Shown piece after piece: positions 27,364-39,100 of a stretch of DNA of 64,000 bases. The notes beneath the pieces were generated by a model. The model did not search any database, was not told the origin of the DNA, and saw only the letters and a program-made list of their open reading frames with translations. The stretch's first letter is position 1. Each line of letters opens with the position of its first letter. The stretch is from Nemertoderma westbladi. Its lineage: Eukaryota; Animalia; Xenacoelomorpha. The stretch covers positions 48,252 through 112,251 of the forward strand of contig JAUCBJ010008691.1 of the NCBI GenBank assembly GCA_032718475.1, given 5' to 3'. The position numbers and the translations under genes are program-made.

Positions 27364-29011
27364 ATGACTGAGTTGATAGAAGATGATCTTGGTATCAGGG
27401 AGCCATATACTCTACCTTTACAAGCGTTTGTTGATAGTTTGATAAGCGGCGACGCGAGTCAACACACGACGGAAGATGATGGACGTTATATCAAACCGCC
27501 AATGTCCGAGGAACAGCTCAAGCGTGAATTGGACTATAGAAAATTCACCGCTCGCTATACGCATCGTAATGGTACGTATATGGACTTCTTAACTACTGGT
27601 CATCCTATCGATTTACACGATACGGACGATGTGGATACCGAAAGGGAGATGATTTTGTTTAAATATCATACCCAGCGGAGTCGGAACGACAAACTGAGAA
27701 TTGAACATGAAATTTCTATTCGAAACTGACTCAAAAGAGAAGATGTTGAAGAACTTGATAAGCGTACTGACTTTTATGAATATTTAGAGTTCCTGAGAGA
27801 AACTTATCTCAATGTAGCTAGTCAACAAAATATAGAAACTCGATATCCGCAAGGTATACTGAATGACATAAACACCCGCGGAGACGTTGCGCTAAACATA
27901 GTTTTACTCGCTATACTTACGGGAGTTTTGAGTGAAACTTGTTTGATGTACCACCTACGCTCGCTCGACTCAAACGATCCTTAAGTAAACCTATGATCAG
28001 AATTCCGGAATACTCAGTCAGACCTCCTCATTCCCCGGTGCAATCGCAGACTCCCAACCCTAACAGTATGACCGATCCCCCTGAGTGGTACTCATTGTTC
28101 AAAGATCTGGTGTTACCCGAACAATTAGTCGGTGGCACCGTGGTGGAGAAAAGTGTCATACGGAATGCACTGGACACAATTTGGCAAAAGATCGGAAAGA
28201 GAACCTTTGATTGTTTAGACAAATGTAGATTACATCAACAAGTACAAGCGGTAAAAGAATTAGCTTTACCTCAGTTTGATCGCAAAATCGAGAATCTGGA
28301 GGGAGATATTGAACTTGGACATACATCTTTGTTACAAGAGTTCTTAGACGAACGAATGCTTTCAAAGACATGCAGAGGAGAATCAGCTAGAGCAAAAACA
28401 TACCTAAATACCAAGGGTCCATAATGTGAATAGTTTTCCCCGGGGCATGGGTGCTCATGGGTGGTCTCCTTTGGGATGCTGTAACTTCCTCTTACCTCAT
28501 ACTCTTCCTGCAATCGTTGTGATCAGTGTCACTATAAAGGCGTAGGAATGAGTAATGACACGAAAGGAAACACGTCCATTCTGGTATCTTATAGATACTA
28601 CCCTTCCATATCCTTTCCCTTTCCTCCCACTCCTCTCCCTCTACCCATTGCAATTGAGGATACGAGACATGGATAGAAAAACCCTCTTCCTCCCATCTTC
28701 TCTACCCAACGCACTTGGAGCTTCGTGGAGATTATTGACCAATCATAGCTGTATTGTGGTATTAACATACCATCCCTCATAAAACCTTCCCATCCCCTTA
28801 CTGTTTATCTGGATGCTTATATTGGTGTCCCTACATCCTGTTCATGTATCACCGTGTTTATATTTACAATATCAGCCTCTGTCTCTCTTTACGTTGATTG
28901 GATAATCAACTAACTACAACTTCCCCTAACCACAGCCCTTGATTGCTACAATGACTGAAATGACGCAAGAAACTTTGGTGAACAACTGATACCATTATGT
29001 GTCATTAATCT
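27364..29011 (+). pseudogene. 5' part of a degenerate ORF3 homolog (family B), split by the 20-kb insertion; continues at 49111
   Basis: DNA identity with 3871-4480. Sequence across the AATCT TSD leads into the HPLVLG segment homologous to ORF3 HPLCLG. 28430-28860 is not clearly homologous. Confidence 0.6.
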
Positions 29012-30911
29012 TAATTGAAGAGATACGCCTATTCCTACTATCGGAAGAGACGGTAACAATACCTGCAATATCCTACTGTAAAGTTTGTAAATCAAATCAT
29101 AAATCCGACCTTCTCACCAAAACAGTAAACCCTAAATAAACGAATATATTGCAGTATCGATCTCTTATAACCGGTGAGGCAGAAAACAGTCCACGAGCAG
29201 ACAAACTTCGATAAAACAAATCCCGCGCAGCGAATCCTAAAATCAGACTGACTCACTGACGGACTAAGGGGCTCGTATACTTTGCCGCGGTGTGATTTAT
29301 ATGGTTGGGCAAAGGGACGCTAGCTAGGTACAGAGGCAGATATTTGGAGATGTCTAACTAGCGGGCAAGGCACAGTACGGACTAAGTTAATTTTATATAT
29401 TTTGAGGTGTAAATAATTTCTAACGCGCGTGTGTTAATTCTGAACGGTCAAAAGCAGTTTTGCTCCTTCACATATATAATTACTGGGTACGGTGTGCATT
29501 TTACGAATATTCTAATTTGTAACTTGTAGGTCCAATACTCACGAATGGTAAGGTTCCTTCCCCTCTTGCGTATTTCCAGGACTCAAATTCAGGCATAAGG
29601 TTAATACTACGCCCAGAATTCGGCAATTTTAGGTACCAGGTCCCTGATACTAAGAAGAGATGTGTTAGTTTACTACTGTAGGCGTACGGGTACTAATAGC
29701 TATCCTGGCTCCTATCTAGAATTTTAGTCACCCAGGTAGTCCGGGTAACTTCCTATTAGGGCGTTGGCGGGGACACGGTAGATGTTAGTATATCCCTGAT
29801 AGCCTCAATTTATTTTGCGCCTAGCGTAAACTGCCCTACCGCCTGAACGGTACAATCCCCATTCAGGTGAAAACACAGCAACCCCCCTAGCCTACAAGTT
29901 CTGATGTAATGGACACCGTTGTACGGCAAATAGTCGCACACACACCTGTACTTAGCAAGAGTTAAGCGTACAGTTTGCTGCACCCTAACCAATGTGTATG
30001 CCTTGTACCGGTGTGCCTACGTCCTATCTGCGTACTAGTATCTGCTCTCTCTCCCTCCCCCCCCGTAGGAATATGAAGGTCTACTGCGGTTTTCCCTGAA
30101 TCAAGACAGTACAGTCCCTATGATGTAATTTTGGGCTTACAGCGTGTCACTACGTCTACCTTTGATCTTTTGGTCTTACACTTAGGTAGCAAGGATCGAA
30201 CGCTGTCTAACCTTTCAGGCGATGGGCGAATAACACTAGATGGTATTGCGGGTTGTCTCTCGTCTACATTCCCGTGATGTTCCCGTTCATTGCTGCGGCC
30301 CGATCTCTAGCCGGCCATCCTGTCCCTGAGTTTGTTCACCGTAGTGAGACCATGGTAAAACAGATAGAAAAGCTGAGATGTGACTAGTATTTCTGACTTT
30401 TATTACAAAAGATACAATTATAATACAATGTAATCTGAGAATAAATGAAATATAAGATTGAGTAGATTAGATAACTAATGAACGAATCGCACCTTTATAT
30501 ACTAAATTTGTGCTGCAATCAATCGAGAAAATTCTCGATTGTTCTATGGGTTCTAACAAGGTTTTAAAGATAGCTTATTGGTCCAGCTAATATATAACTT
30601 GCACGACATTGGTTACAATCAAATAACTACAGCCTTATTGGTACAGACAAATGCAATTAATTTGTAGCGGTTAATTTAAATGAGTTGAAATTCTGCACAA
30701 AAAATAATTCGCACTTACTAGGATTCGAACTCGATACCTACTACACATATAATTTCCAACGCTCTACCAACTGAGCTACTGAACCACTTGACCGATAGAT
30801 ACACAATAGATAGAACCAATACTAATGAGAACTCAAAGCAATCTTTACAAAGTTAATTCGAATAAAATAAAATTTTGAAAATCCACGGCATTTAGGGAAT
30901 ATAATTCTATA
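29012..30911 (-). repeat. 3' LTR (1900 bp), termini TATAG...AATTA
   Basis: By eye it differs from the 5' LTR only by one substitution (29369/47569) and one C in a poly-C run. Confidence 0.95.
30699..30785 (-). ncRNA. tRNA-like Pol III unit in U3 (3' LTR copy)
   Basis: GGTTCAGTAGCTCAGTTGGTAGAGCG...GAGTTCGAATCC...TTTTTT: A box with perfect D-stem GCTC/GAGC, B box, T6 terminator. Confidence 0.7.
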
Positions 30912-31139
30912 CCGCTCCATGAAAACAGGATATTATCGTGCTTAAAATATACGGTTTTCACCAATAATCAATCAAACTATAGAATACTTAGGGCGTACTT
31001 ACATATTTACAATTAAATTTCAAACAATACTTCCTTTCTACGTAATGATTCGATACAAAAATAATTACAAATTCAAACTTTACGTATTTAAGGCTTTACT
31101 AAGTAAGTACAATATAAATCTAAATTAAATTCACCAATA

Positions 31140-31690
31140 TAAATCTATTGCATCTCAATATTGCATAAATTCAAACAATTACAAATACAAATAAATGAAA
31201 ACAATAAGAAAGGCTCGCGAGTCTTCCATCTACTATTGCATCTCAAATATTGCATAAATTCAAGTAATTACAAATACTTTCGTACCTAAATGTAGATTGC
31301 ATAAGTTTGGAATAATTACAAATATGAGTCTTTCTGAGCACAAATTTTTCTGTCTATAAAACTTTCTCTTTAGGTACAAATACTACTTATAAAATATAAA
31401 TTGCATAATATTCGGAACAATACAAATTGCATAAGTTTGGAATAATATAAGTTGTATAAGTTCGGAATAATTACAAATATAAAATATAAATTCTTACTAA
31501 ATATAAATCTTACTAACTATAAGTCTTTACTTAAATATAAATATAAACTGCATAAGTTTAGAATAATATAAACCTTTGCATCTCAAATATGAAACATAAA
31601 TCTTTCAAATATAAGTTCCTTCTAAATATAAACTTTCAAAATTTCATAAATTCGGAACAATACAAATTGCATAAGTTTTTTAAATATAAA
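31140..31690 (+). repeat. Degenerate AT-rich repeat array (core TTGCATAA/TTGCATCT) in the element 3' UTR
   Basis: About 11 copies of attgcataa(g/a)tt..gaata variants. Confidence 0.7.
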
Positions 31691-32283
31691 ACATATAATT
31701 CAAATAAATCACAAATCATAAGAAAGGCCCACGAGTCTTCCGTCCACCCTTGCCCTCCCTTTTATCGCTTAGTTGATCGAGCCCTGCCGCGTCCTCGAAA
31801 ACTGCGCACAGGTGACTTTGCTCGCGATATGGGACTAATGGGGCGAGTCACTGGTTTACTTGGGACGTTGAGAGACGGTGCAACTATTTCCTCGCAAATT
31901 CGTCTATTTGGCATCCCAAAACCTCGACCAATTCCTCGTGACCGATCAGTTGTCGCTACAGTTGGTAGAACGTCTGGGAACGCGTGAGAAGCGGACGACG
32001 CAGACCCAAGAGTAGCTTGCGCCCCCTGTTGATCAGCTGGTGTATGTCCCGATCCTCCTACCGGTTCTCTTGGAAGTGATACCGTATCCCGAGTAACTCG
32101 AATAGTCGGCTCAACTCCCTTGCGTTCTTCTACATTAATAATTTTCTTCAATTGTTGGCCCACCTTCTGGACCCGTATGATCCTACCCTGCCCGTCCTCC
32201 CGAGGGTGACGTGCAGACGGCGCAACCGGAGTGGCTGGTATATTCGTCGCCTCTAGGACCTCTTCTTCCTCGAATACGCTCGC

Positions 32284-35200
32284 TCATATACGTTTATGGT
32301 AAAACGCGGCTCGGTACGCCCATGCGACGGTTAACCAAGCTCCTTTATTCCGCTTTTCGGTTCGGAAACGATCAAATTCACCATACGTGATACGATTTAC
32401 GACTTTCTGAAAATTCCACGTGTTCTTGTTATCCGGGTGAATCTGTAACAGATACTCGCGCACTACTCGGAATCCGCTGTCGTGGGGCAAAATATCGACA
32501 ACCTCGATAAGTTCGTCATATTGAGGCATAGCGGAGATGTATCCTTCCGACATCATCGTCTGGGGATTTACCGCCCAAAATCCGAGATGCGCTCTCATCG
32601 GAAATCGTCTTCTCTGTGCCGATACATGTTCGTCGGCTAAATCTTCCCACTCATCAAATAACTTCCTCACAAGTTTTACAGATTCGTGTTCATAAGGTAT
32701 ATCTCTCAGTTGGCATTCAGATGCTCGATGTCCCTTTATATTGCAATAAGTACATTGAGCCATAAATCTCCAGCAAGTATAAAAGGTATGAGACCCTTGA
32801 TCCCCACACCATCCACAGATTAGCTGAGTCGTAGTAATGTGCTTTCCACTGCACTTTGCCATATGATGTCCAGCGACGCCACATTTACTACACATCGTAT
32901 TAGCAGGGTACCACACTCGTTCGTATATAAGATCTCCAATCGGTCGAGCGCTTCCTCCCACACTATAATCGTAATCATCTGGGTCTATGGGTTGGTAGGT
33001 TTCTGAAGGTTGTATGCAAACTATAGCATCTGTTGCTTCAAGTTGTCGAATCTCCGTCTGAGATTTCTTCGGGAGGTTCCTTTCTATCTCAAGAAGTTCC
33101 TCTAAAGGATCGTCGGCGATCGTAGTAGTTACGTTGAAATCATCACCGAGGTGACCGATAGGCGCGCGCGTCTGCCGTGATTCATCCGTAATTTCCACAA
33201 TACGTTCTCCTTCATAGGGTAACAATGTAAACATAGATGGTCTTTCGATAAGAGATCCCGCACAGCGAAGATACACGTCTCGAAATATGCTAAATCCTGC
33301 TCGAGTAAAGGCATTACACTGAGCGTCGGAGTTGTAGAAGGGTTCAAGGAATCGTCTAAACACGTCGGTACGAATTCTCCCTTCCATGTAGAACGTATGA
33401 TCTTCTCCGAGACAAAGTGGATGTCTTTTGAGAGTCCGAGACACAATGTCGGCGATTAGGCAAACATTCACTGACGACTCTATCGCTAAATAATATTGTA
33501 AGACCGCTCTTGGAGGTGACGTAATAGCCCAATACACGCATCCTCTCCATTTAAGCTGTGATTCAAACTCACTCATATCTGGAGTATCACCTTCTCCATA
33601 AGTTTCAATATACTTGTTTCTTTTACCTTCCTTATAATCCCAATTGAATAACAGGTAGGAAATGTATCCAGTTCCAGTCTTCTGAGTATTATACTCACGA
33701 AAATATCCCTGTTCTATAGACCACAGAATAAGAGGTCGAGTGTCGACGTATGGTGTCGGTAGTCGGTCATCGCTGTCCGTCATGCCGGCGAAGTCGCTAA
33801 TTAAATCCTCCCTTACTCCTGATCCAACCTTTACAACAGTTTTATCTAAAATCATGTTTCTTACCATCTTCGGTAACATTCTAGCGTCAATATTACAAGC
33901 TTGGTCCATCTTCTTTACTATATCGGTGATAAGATGGTGTCGCTTTGTATTCGCTGGAGGTATCGGCATTCGTTTGTCGCTCCTCTGTCTACTGAAAACG
34001 TGCAGGACTCCGTCCGCCGCTCTAATCTGTATAGTCTTAGAAGTCAAACTCTGCTGATGACTGCCGCCCTCGTTATCGTAAAACATATAACCGTTTTCCT
34101 GAAACGATCTAAACGTCCTAGTCCATTCATCCAACAATTCTTCCGAAGGTTGCCAAATCTTCTCTATATCCTTATCCTCATCGAAACGAATAACCTTACC
34201 TCGCCAATCTGCGGCAATATCTGTATCCGACTCGAAGGTTCCGATTCCAATCCATAAACGAATCGTCTTGGTTAGATATCCTTTCAGATTACTCGGAGCT
34301 ATGTCGGCACCAGCTCTATCCAGTTCCTTAAAATCTTGGATATGAGGTGGAACGTTGTTCACGACCTTTTGAGTAATATGTCTACGTAAATCATATATCT
34401 TACTCATATCGCTGAAAACAACTGCAGGAAGAAACTCCAAGTTTGAAATGATTTCTGGATGATCCACGATGGGTATTTCGTACGTCGTATCCTGTCGGAC
34501 TGGTATACTAATAGGGAAATTGAGTGTCGTACTCAATGGTTTCGTAGTTGAAGTACTATACGGTTGCATTTCTCTTGGCCTCTCCGGGGATGCAATCTGT
34601 AATCTCTGAATAACGTTTTGAGCAAAGTTTATGCTCTCGAAAACTTCCGGTGTCATCTCCTTAGCTGAAGTTTGATCGTGTGACGTCCAATGGCAAGGTA
34701 GGCTCGCGAGTCTTCCACCCCATTCTTCCATCTCACCTTTCTCGAAAGCCTTGTAGGCTCTGTATAGGCTAAGAGCTTCTTTCTTTTCGCGGGTTGACTG
34801 ATTCGCCTCGTCCAGCGTAAGTTCAAATACATCGGGTTCAACAACCTTAGGTGGGTAAATGACAGTTTCTCCCGCCTTTGGTCCGGTCATAGCAAATGAA
34901 TGATATGGATTCGATAAAGGATACCCTCCTTCCTGGTAGCGTAGTTGTTGATGATTCGAACACCTCGCCAATATCGGTTCGGGATTTTCCTTATTCAAAC
35001 GCATCGGAATCGCATTTCGTTGTTCGCGCATACAAGAACCGCATTGATAATAAAGTTTATAAACTGAAAATGCTTCCTTGGTTTCTCTATCGTCCCCTCG
35101 AGTTCGTCTGTAAAGATGCATTCCATCGAATTCATCGCGTACCGCAGGCATAGGTTCGTGCGCCTTTAGGTATTGCATGGTATGATACAAACGACTAATT

Positions 35201-35487
35201 TCAGTATCGGGGTCTTCGCTAATGTCTCCCGTATCACACAAAGCATCGTACGGGTAAAGTTCGTTGAAGGTTTGGCGCAAACTTTCGATTCTTTCGTTCA
35301 ATGCGTTTTGCCTTCTCTTTAATACATTCGAGTCATATTTAGTTCTCGCGAGTTTCGCTGTACTTTCCGATAATTCTTTTATACCAAATATAGTATAATC
35401 CTTGGCTCCAAATCTTTCGAATGGCGCTGCTGCCTCCTCTTGGATATCATATCCCCATCTCGGCTCTCCTTGTATCCCTTTCTCCAT
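32284..35487 (-). CDS. ORF3, 1067 aa: N-terminal coiled-coil and CxxC...CxxH, DEDDy 3'-5' exonuclease (WRN/EXD/Mut-7/RNase D-like), three CCHC zinc knuckles; in-frame extension to 31762 beyond one TGA
   Basis: ExoI MFYDNEG (D471/E473), IQI, LPKMVRNMILDKTVVKVGSGVREDL (D561), YVDTR, QYYLAIE (Y666/E670). Knuckles CSKCGVAGHHMAKC, CGWCGDQGSHTFYTC, CTYCNIKGHRASEC. Confidence 0.85.
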   Translation of the reverse strand: MEKGIQGEPRWGYDIQEEAAAPFERFGAKDYTIFGIKELSESTAKLARTKYDSNVLKRRQNALNERIESLRQTFNELYPYDALCDTGDISEDPDTEISRLYHTMQYLKAHEPMPAVRDEFDGMHLYRRTRGDDRETKEAFSVYKLYYQCGSCMREQRNAIPMRLNKENPEPILARCSNHQQLRYQEGGYPLSNPYHSFAMTGPKAGETVIYPPKVVEPDVFELTLDEANQSTREKKEALSLYRAYKAFEKGEMEEWGGRLASLPCHWTSHDQTSAKEMTPEVFESINFAQNVIQRLQIASPERPREMQPYSTSTTKPLSTTLNFPISIPVRQDTTYEIPIVDHPEIISNLEFLPAVVFSDMSKIYDLRRHITQKVVNNVPPHIQDFKELDRAGADIAPSNLKGYLTKTIRLWIGIGTFESDTDIAADWRGKVIRFDEDKDIEKIWQPSEELLDEWTRTFRSFQENGYMFYDNEGGSHQQSLTSKTIQIRAADGVLHVFSRQRSDKRMPIPPANTKRHHLITDIVKKMDQACNIDARMLPKMVRNMILDKTVVKVGSGVREDLISDFAGMTDSDDRLPTPYVDTRPLILWSIEQGYFREYNTQKTGTGYISYLLFNWDYKEGKRNKYIETYGEGDTPDMSEFESQLKWRGCVYWAITSPPRAVLQYYLAIESSVNVCLIADIVSRTLKRHPLCLGEDHTFYMEGRIRTDVFRRFLEPFYNSDAQCNAFTRAGFSIFRDVYLRCAGSLIERPSMFTLLPYEGERIVEITDESRQTRAPIGHLGDDFNVTTTIADDPLEELLEIERNLPKKSQTEIRQLEATDAIVCIQPSETYQPIDPDDYDYSVGGSARPIGDLIYERVWYPANTMCSKCGVAGHHMAKCSGKHITTTQLICGWCGDQGSHTFYTCWRFMAQCTYCNIKGHRASECQLRDIPYEHESVKLVRKLFDEWEDLADEHVSAQRRRFPMRAHLGFWAVNPQTMMSEGYISAMPQYDELIEVVDILPHDSGFRVVREYLLQIHPDNKNTWNFQKVVNRITYGEFDRFRTEKRNKGAWLTVAWAYRAAFYHKRI

Positions 35488-36145
35488 AATTAGGGTGTAG
35501 TTACATAATCATTACTACTAGAGGGAATACAACAGAGTTTGTAGTTAGTTGTGAGGAGACGTGAGAGTTTCGTCTGCCCTTTGGGCTCGACAACGCTCTA
35601 ACCTCCTACCCATAGCCTAAGATCTAGGGTTTCTTTAATGACACGCTGCTTCTTATCTAAAATTTTTTGCCGAAGTAAAAACGAATTTGGGCTAAACTGG
35701 CCGTGAGTCTAAAATACTCACTTTTTGATCCCAAACTATTATCAGAAAATAAGCAATCAAGAATTAGTAATAAATATAGGGGAGTCTATTTTGACGTAAC
35801 TTATTGAAACAAGACCGTGTAAAATTTAATTAAAATTTTAAGAAAGGCTCGCAAGTCTTCCTCTCTTGTTTCTCTAATTTTAAGTTCCACCCGACTGTAC
35901 CCTGAAATCTATTCACTGGAGAAAATTTTAAAAATTTTTCAAATCCAAATGGATTGTCTAAAATTTCGAAAATGTCTCAATATTGTGAGTTCCAAGTAGA
36001 ATTCCATTTCTTATACCTACAAATCCCGCTCCTATGTGACACATAAGGGTACTACCCTCAATGTTCACATATAAAGACAATGGAATTCTACCGCTGTCCT
36101 TACTACGGTGTACAGGTACGTGGAAATCTATTTGTAAACTCCTAA

Positions 36146-39100
36146 TTATTTACTAGTATTAGGTGGAGATTTGTAGTCTCCAGACTCGTTACGAGTCTCT
36201 TCAAGAAGTACGAGACGTTGAGTCGGTCTGTCTACTGTACGACCGTCAATTGTCCGTACTGTCACAGTTCTTGTCACTCCATCCATAGATGGATGTGTGG
36301 CTAAAATGACACCTGTTATCCAGAAGCGTCTTTTTAGATTCACTTCTGCCAACAGCACGTGATCTCCCGGCTTTAATGCGCGGGTGTTATTGTACCAAGT
36401 TGTTCTGGCAGAAATAGAGGGCAAATAATGGTTTTGCCATATTTCCCAGAATTTGTTAGCCAGTAGTTGCGTGATTTTCCACGCTTTTCTACCGTAACTA
36501 TCGCCTTCCATTGGAATGGAAATCGGCGTCAAAGTGGTCGGTGCCTGCATAAGCAGGTGTGCTGGTGTTAAAGCAAACTGAGATTGTTTGTCATCGGGTA
36601 CTAATACTATTGGTCTAGTATTTAGTATTGCCTCGATTTCAACAAACAATGTTGTCAGTTGGTCGTCTGTTAATATGTGGTTTACTGGAATGACCTTTGC
36701 CATGGCTGTCTTTATAGATCTAATCAGTCTCTCCCAGACTCCGCCTCTCCAAGGACTATCTGGAGGATTGAACTTCCAAACAATCTTGTGAGGTTGCAGT
36801 TCGTTTGAGATTTGATCATGATCTAATTTCTTAAAGGCTCTAGCAATCTCATTCCGAGCACCAACAAAGTTTGTCCCTTGGTCTGAGTACAAGCATTTTA
36901 CTAGTCCGCGTCTAGCGATAAATCGCCGCAGTGCTAGTATAAACGCGTTGGTGGAAAGATCCATCACACGTTCAATGTGAACTGCCCTACTGGACATACA
37001 TGTGAAAATCAGTCCCCAGCGTTTTACTAGTATACGTCCACGTTTAGTATGTATGGGACCAAAGCAATCAATTCCAGTCTCTGTAAAAGGTGGTCTGAAT
37101 GCTTGAAGTCGTGCTTGTGGTAGTTCACTCATTTCTTGGGTACCTATTCTAGAATGTACCTTTTTACAAATAATACACGTACGTGTCACTGAACTTAATG
37201 CTTTACTGGGTCTAATTAATACAAATCTAGTACGTAAGTAGGAAAGACAGTGGTGTCTTCCAGCGTGTTTCAGATGTAAATGTGCGTCCAGTATCATTGC
37301 ACGTTGTAGTTCGTGATGTTGCGGTATTATTATTGGGTACCTAAAGTTCGTGTTAAAGTCAATGTTTTGAAGCCGAGATTTATGACAAATTAAGCCATTA
37401 TAAATTATCGGACTCCAACTCAGTATTGGTGACGACTTGATTGGTTGACCTTGACTTATAGATGTGAATTCGCGCTGGAAATATCGCAGTTGGTAATGGC
37501 GAATTAATTTAATCTCACACCTGTCAATCTCAGTCAATGTAAGTCGACGTGTAAAGTCTCGTTTGCCTTTAACGTATTGTACGAAACGTACAATCCACGC
37601 TAATTTTCGGCAAGCGTTTGACCAAGAGTCTGTTAAGTTTACAATACGGTCGACATGAGTATTTGTGACGTCATCAGGTAAGTCAATTGAGAATTTGGAA
37701 GGTTTTGAATTACTAGAAGGGCCCACGGGTCCGCCGGTAAGTATTCCCTTGTTGACTGTTGATCCGTCCGGGTCTACAAGTAATTTGTCCTTCTTTGTCT
37801 TCTTACCTTGATTGTCGGTACTTTGTAAGTCGATCGCTAATGGTGGTTTGAACTCTATGGGGTCAGCAGGTTTCGGTAAACTTATTTTCCTGCCGACATT
37901 AATCCCAGGTCTCACCGTAGGTTGTAGGTTCGGTATGTCTCTTGAGCGCAAAGTAACACCTGTATTTACATTAGCGTAGGTACTACCCACATCTGTAATA
38001 CATGAGGTTTCACCGTGCTTATGGTTGCTCAAGTGTGTCAAAATTGGTAGTTTGTCAATACAAGGCCGCTCCAATAGGGAAACTGCGGCTTTATCGTTAG
38101 TCAATACATTACTAGTGTCTAGTCGACTGTCTAGTAGTGTGTCTGGCGATACGTCTGGTAACGTATCTGGTTGTTTGTCAATACAAGGCCGCTCCAATAG
38201 AGAAACTGCGGCTTTACTGTTTGTCAGTGTGTTACTAGCGTCTGGTGGAACATTTTGTGATATGTCTGGCAAAATGTCTGGTTGACTGTCTAGTAACGTG
38301 TCTGGTTGACCGTCTGGCGATATGTCTGGTTGACCGTCTGGCGATATGTCTGGTGTAGAAAGGCTCGCAAGTCTTCCTCTCTTGACCTTTGAAGTTATAT
38401 CTTTCCATTTTGCCTTCGGTTTTTTCTTTAGTTTCGCCGCCGTCGTCCTTTTCTTTGTCTTCCCCTTTTTTGGTTTCTTGATTTCGGCGTCCTTAGGAAT
38501 GGTGTTGGATTTGTTGTCGTATAACGGAGGCCAATCTTGTGTCGATTTCTGCAAGAACTGGGGTCCGTGTTGCCAAAACTCTTTGTTCTCCGGTTTACAG
38601 AATTCCTCAGGCATCATTCCTCGCGACGCAATATCAGCTGGGTTTTGTGGTCCTGGACAATGTCGCCAATCCTCTTTTATCGAACGGTCTAGAATCTCTG
38701 CGCGACGGTTAGCTACGAATGTCTTGAATTCGAGTGTGTCGTTGTTTATGTAAAATAAAACCAACGTCGCGTCAGTCCAATAAAATATCTGTAAACTCGA
38801 CTGTAGTTCTGTCTGTATGAGGTTTACGATGGTGGTTGACAGGGTCGCGGCTTGTAGCTCGGCTCGTGGTGTCGTCATATACTTAGTAGGCATGGTCTTA
38901 GCCTTGGAAGTAATGAGCGAAACATCGAACTCGTCTGATTCTACTTGTCTGCGCAAATACGCTGCCACACCAAAACCGTTGTCACTGGCGTCAGAAAAAC
39001 AGTGTAGTTCTAAGTTGTCAGGAAATGTACTCTGTAATGGAAAGTAAACCCTGGGTATGGAATAATCCTCTAACGAAGACAATTCCGCCTCCCAGGTCTT

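Noticed and set aside
30699-30785. Functional tRNA gene
   Set aside because: No acceptor stem, unpaired T stem and no clear anticodon arm; kept only as a tRNA-like Pol III unit.
32284-35487. ORF3 as an envelope gene
   Set aside because: No signal peptide, TM anchor or fusion-protein Cys pattern; nuclease and knuckle motifs instead.
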